This document shows, in pieces, positions 36,708 to 37,142 of a stretch of DNA of 37,142 bases (positions are counted from its first letter, which is position 1; each line of letters opens with the position of its first letter). Origin of the DNA: an uncultured Bacteroidales bacterium (lineage in GTDB: Bacteria > Bacteroidota > Bacteroidia > Bacteroidales > JACABE01); NCBI GenBank assembly GCA_903936865.1, contig CAIZXK010000739.1, positions 1-37,142 on the forward strand. The letters are read 5' to 3'. The notes beneath the pieces were generated by a model. The model was not told where the DNA came from, ran no database searches, and saw only the letters and a list, made by a program, of their open reading frames with translations. A program made the position numbers and the translations under genes.

Positions 36708-36983
36708 TTATTTTGCAAAGGCTTTAATACGATGCTTATTTAGAAATTCTTCAAAATCAGAACGACGGTAATAAATTACACGACCAATTTGAGAAAATGA
36801 GATTAAGCCTTTATCCCGATAATCCTGAAGTGTTCTTTTTGAGACTTTTAAAATTTTAAGTGCATCTTCATTGTCGTAAATAATGTCATCTAATGACTTT
36901 AAACGTAATTGTTTAACTTCTTCTGTCAATTCCTTTATTGAATTTAAAAGTGGTTCCATATCTGAATTTTCAAGAATATACAT
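36708..36983 (-). CDS. Excisionase-like helix-turn-helix protein (HTH_17 type) of Bacteroidota mobile elements
   Basis: YDNEDALKILKVSKRTLQDYRDKGLISFSQIGRVIYYRRSDFEEFL. Confidence 0.88.
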   Translation of the reverse strand: MYILENSDMEPLLNSIKELTEEVKQLRLKSLDDIIYDNEDALKILKVSKRTLQDYRDKGLISFSQIGRVIYYRRSDFEEFLNKHRIKAFAK

Positions 36984-36989
36984 AATTAG

Positions 36990-37142
36990 GGTCTACTGAA
37001 AAACACATATATCATTGACAATAAAAAAAATATAGCTAAATTTGCTAAATAAAGTGCAAGCAAATATGACAAAAAGCTATAAAAAGCGTGCATTAGCACC
37101 AAGTTATGTAAGTCCAAACCAGCTGGTTTTGGAAGGATTTGA
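36990..37142 (+). mobile_element. Left end of a probable IS5-family insertion sequence (partial)
   Basis: TTAG (YTAR-type target, 36986-36989) followed by IR-like GGTCTACTGAAAAAC, a TAAATTTG -7 box (37037-37044) and a transposase-like ORF start. Confidence 0.55.
37066..37142 (+). CDS. N-terminus of a probable IS5-family transposase (partial)
   Basis: MTKSYKKRALAPSYVSPNQLVLEGF.. resembles the Y.SP.QL.LEGFETPF start of Bacteroidota IS5 transposases; only 25 codons are visible. Confidence 0.55.
   Translation, partial: MTKSYKKRALAPSYVSPNQLVLEGF

Overview
AT-rich window of Bacteroidota type (many TAnnTTTG -7 promoter boxes). The left end is the 5' part of a phage tail tape-measure gene on the minus strand (start 3770, running off the window, so absent from the ORF track). 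The right end has a small excisionase-like HTH gene with the left end of an IS5-like element beside it. The ~33 kb between them is a defence/stress cargo island, mostly on the minus strand: fused GmrSD, a type I R-M system (hsdM, hsdS, hsdR) with three genes between hsdS and hsdR, orphan PD-(D/E)XK and GIY-YIG-like nucleases, McrBC, and a WYL regulator. The strongest unannotated signal is a TGCA-(G/A)ATACA(C/A)-TGCA palindrome seen three times, always oriented with transcription and 11 nt before a -7-like box (clear at two sites, degenerate at the third). It links the WYL gene to a divergent AAA-ATPase/small protein/DUF2779 cluster and to a cluster with three copies of an unrecognised ~165-aa domain, an ADP-ribosylglycohydrolase and a NIF/HAD phosphatase. 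Other signals: a promoter-and-terminator-bounded ~75-nt structured sRNA candidate, a scar copy of the hsdR 5' end, two degenerate dif-like sites, and two single-base frameshifts. Family calls come from motif recognition by eye; no database searches were run.
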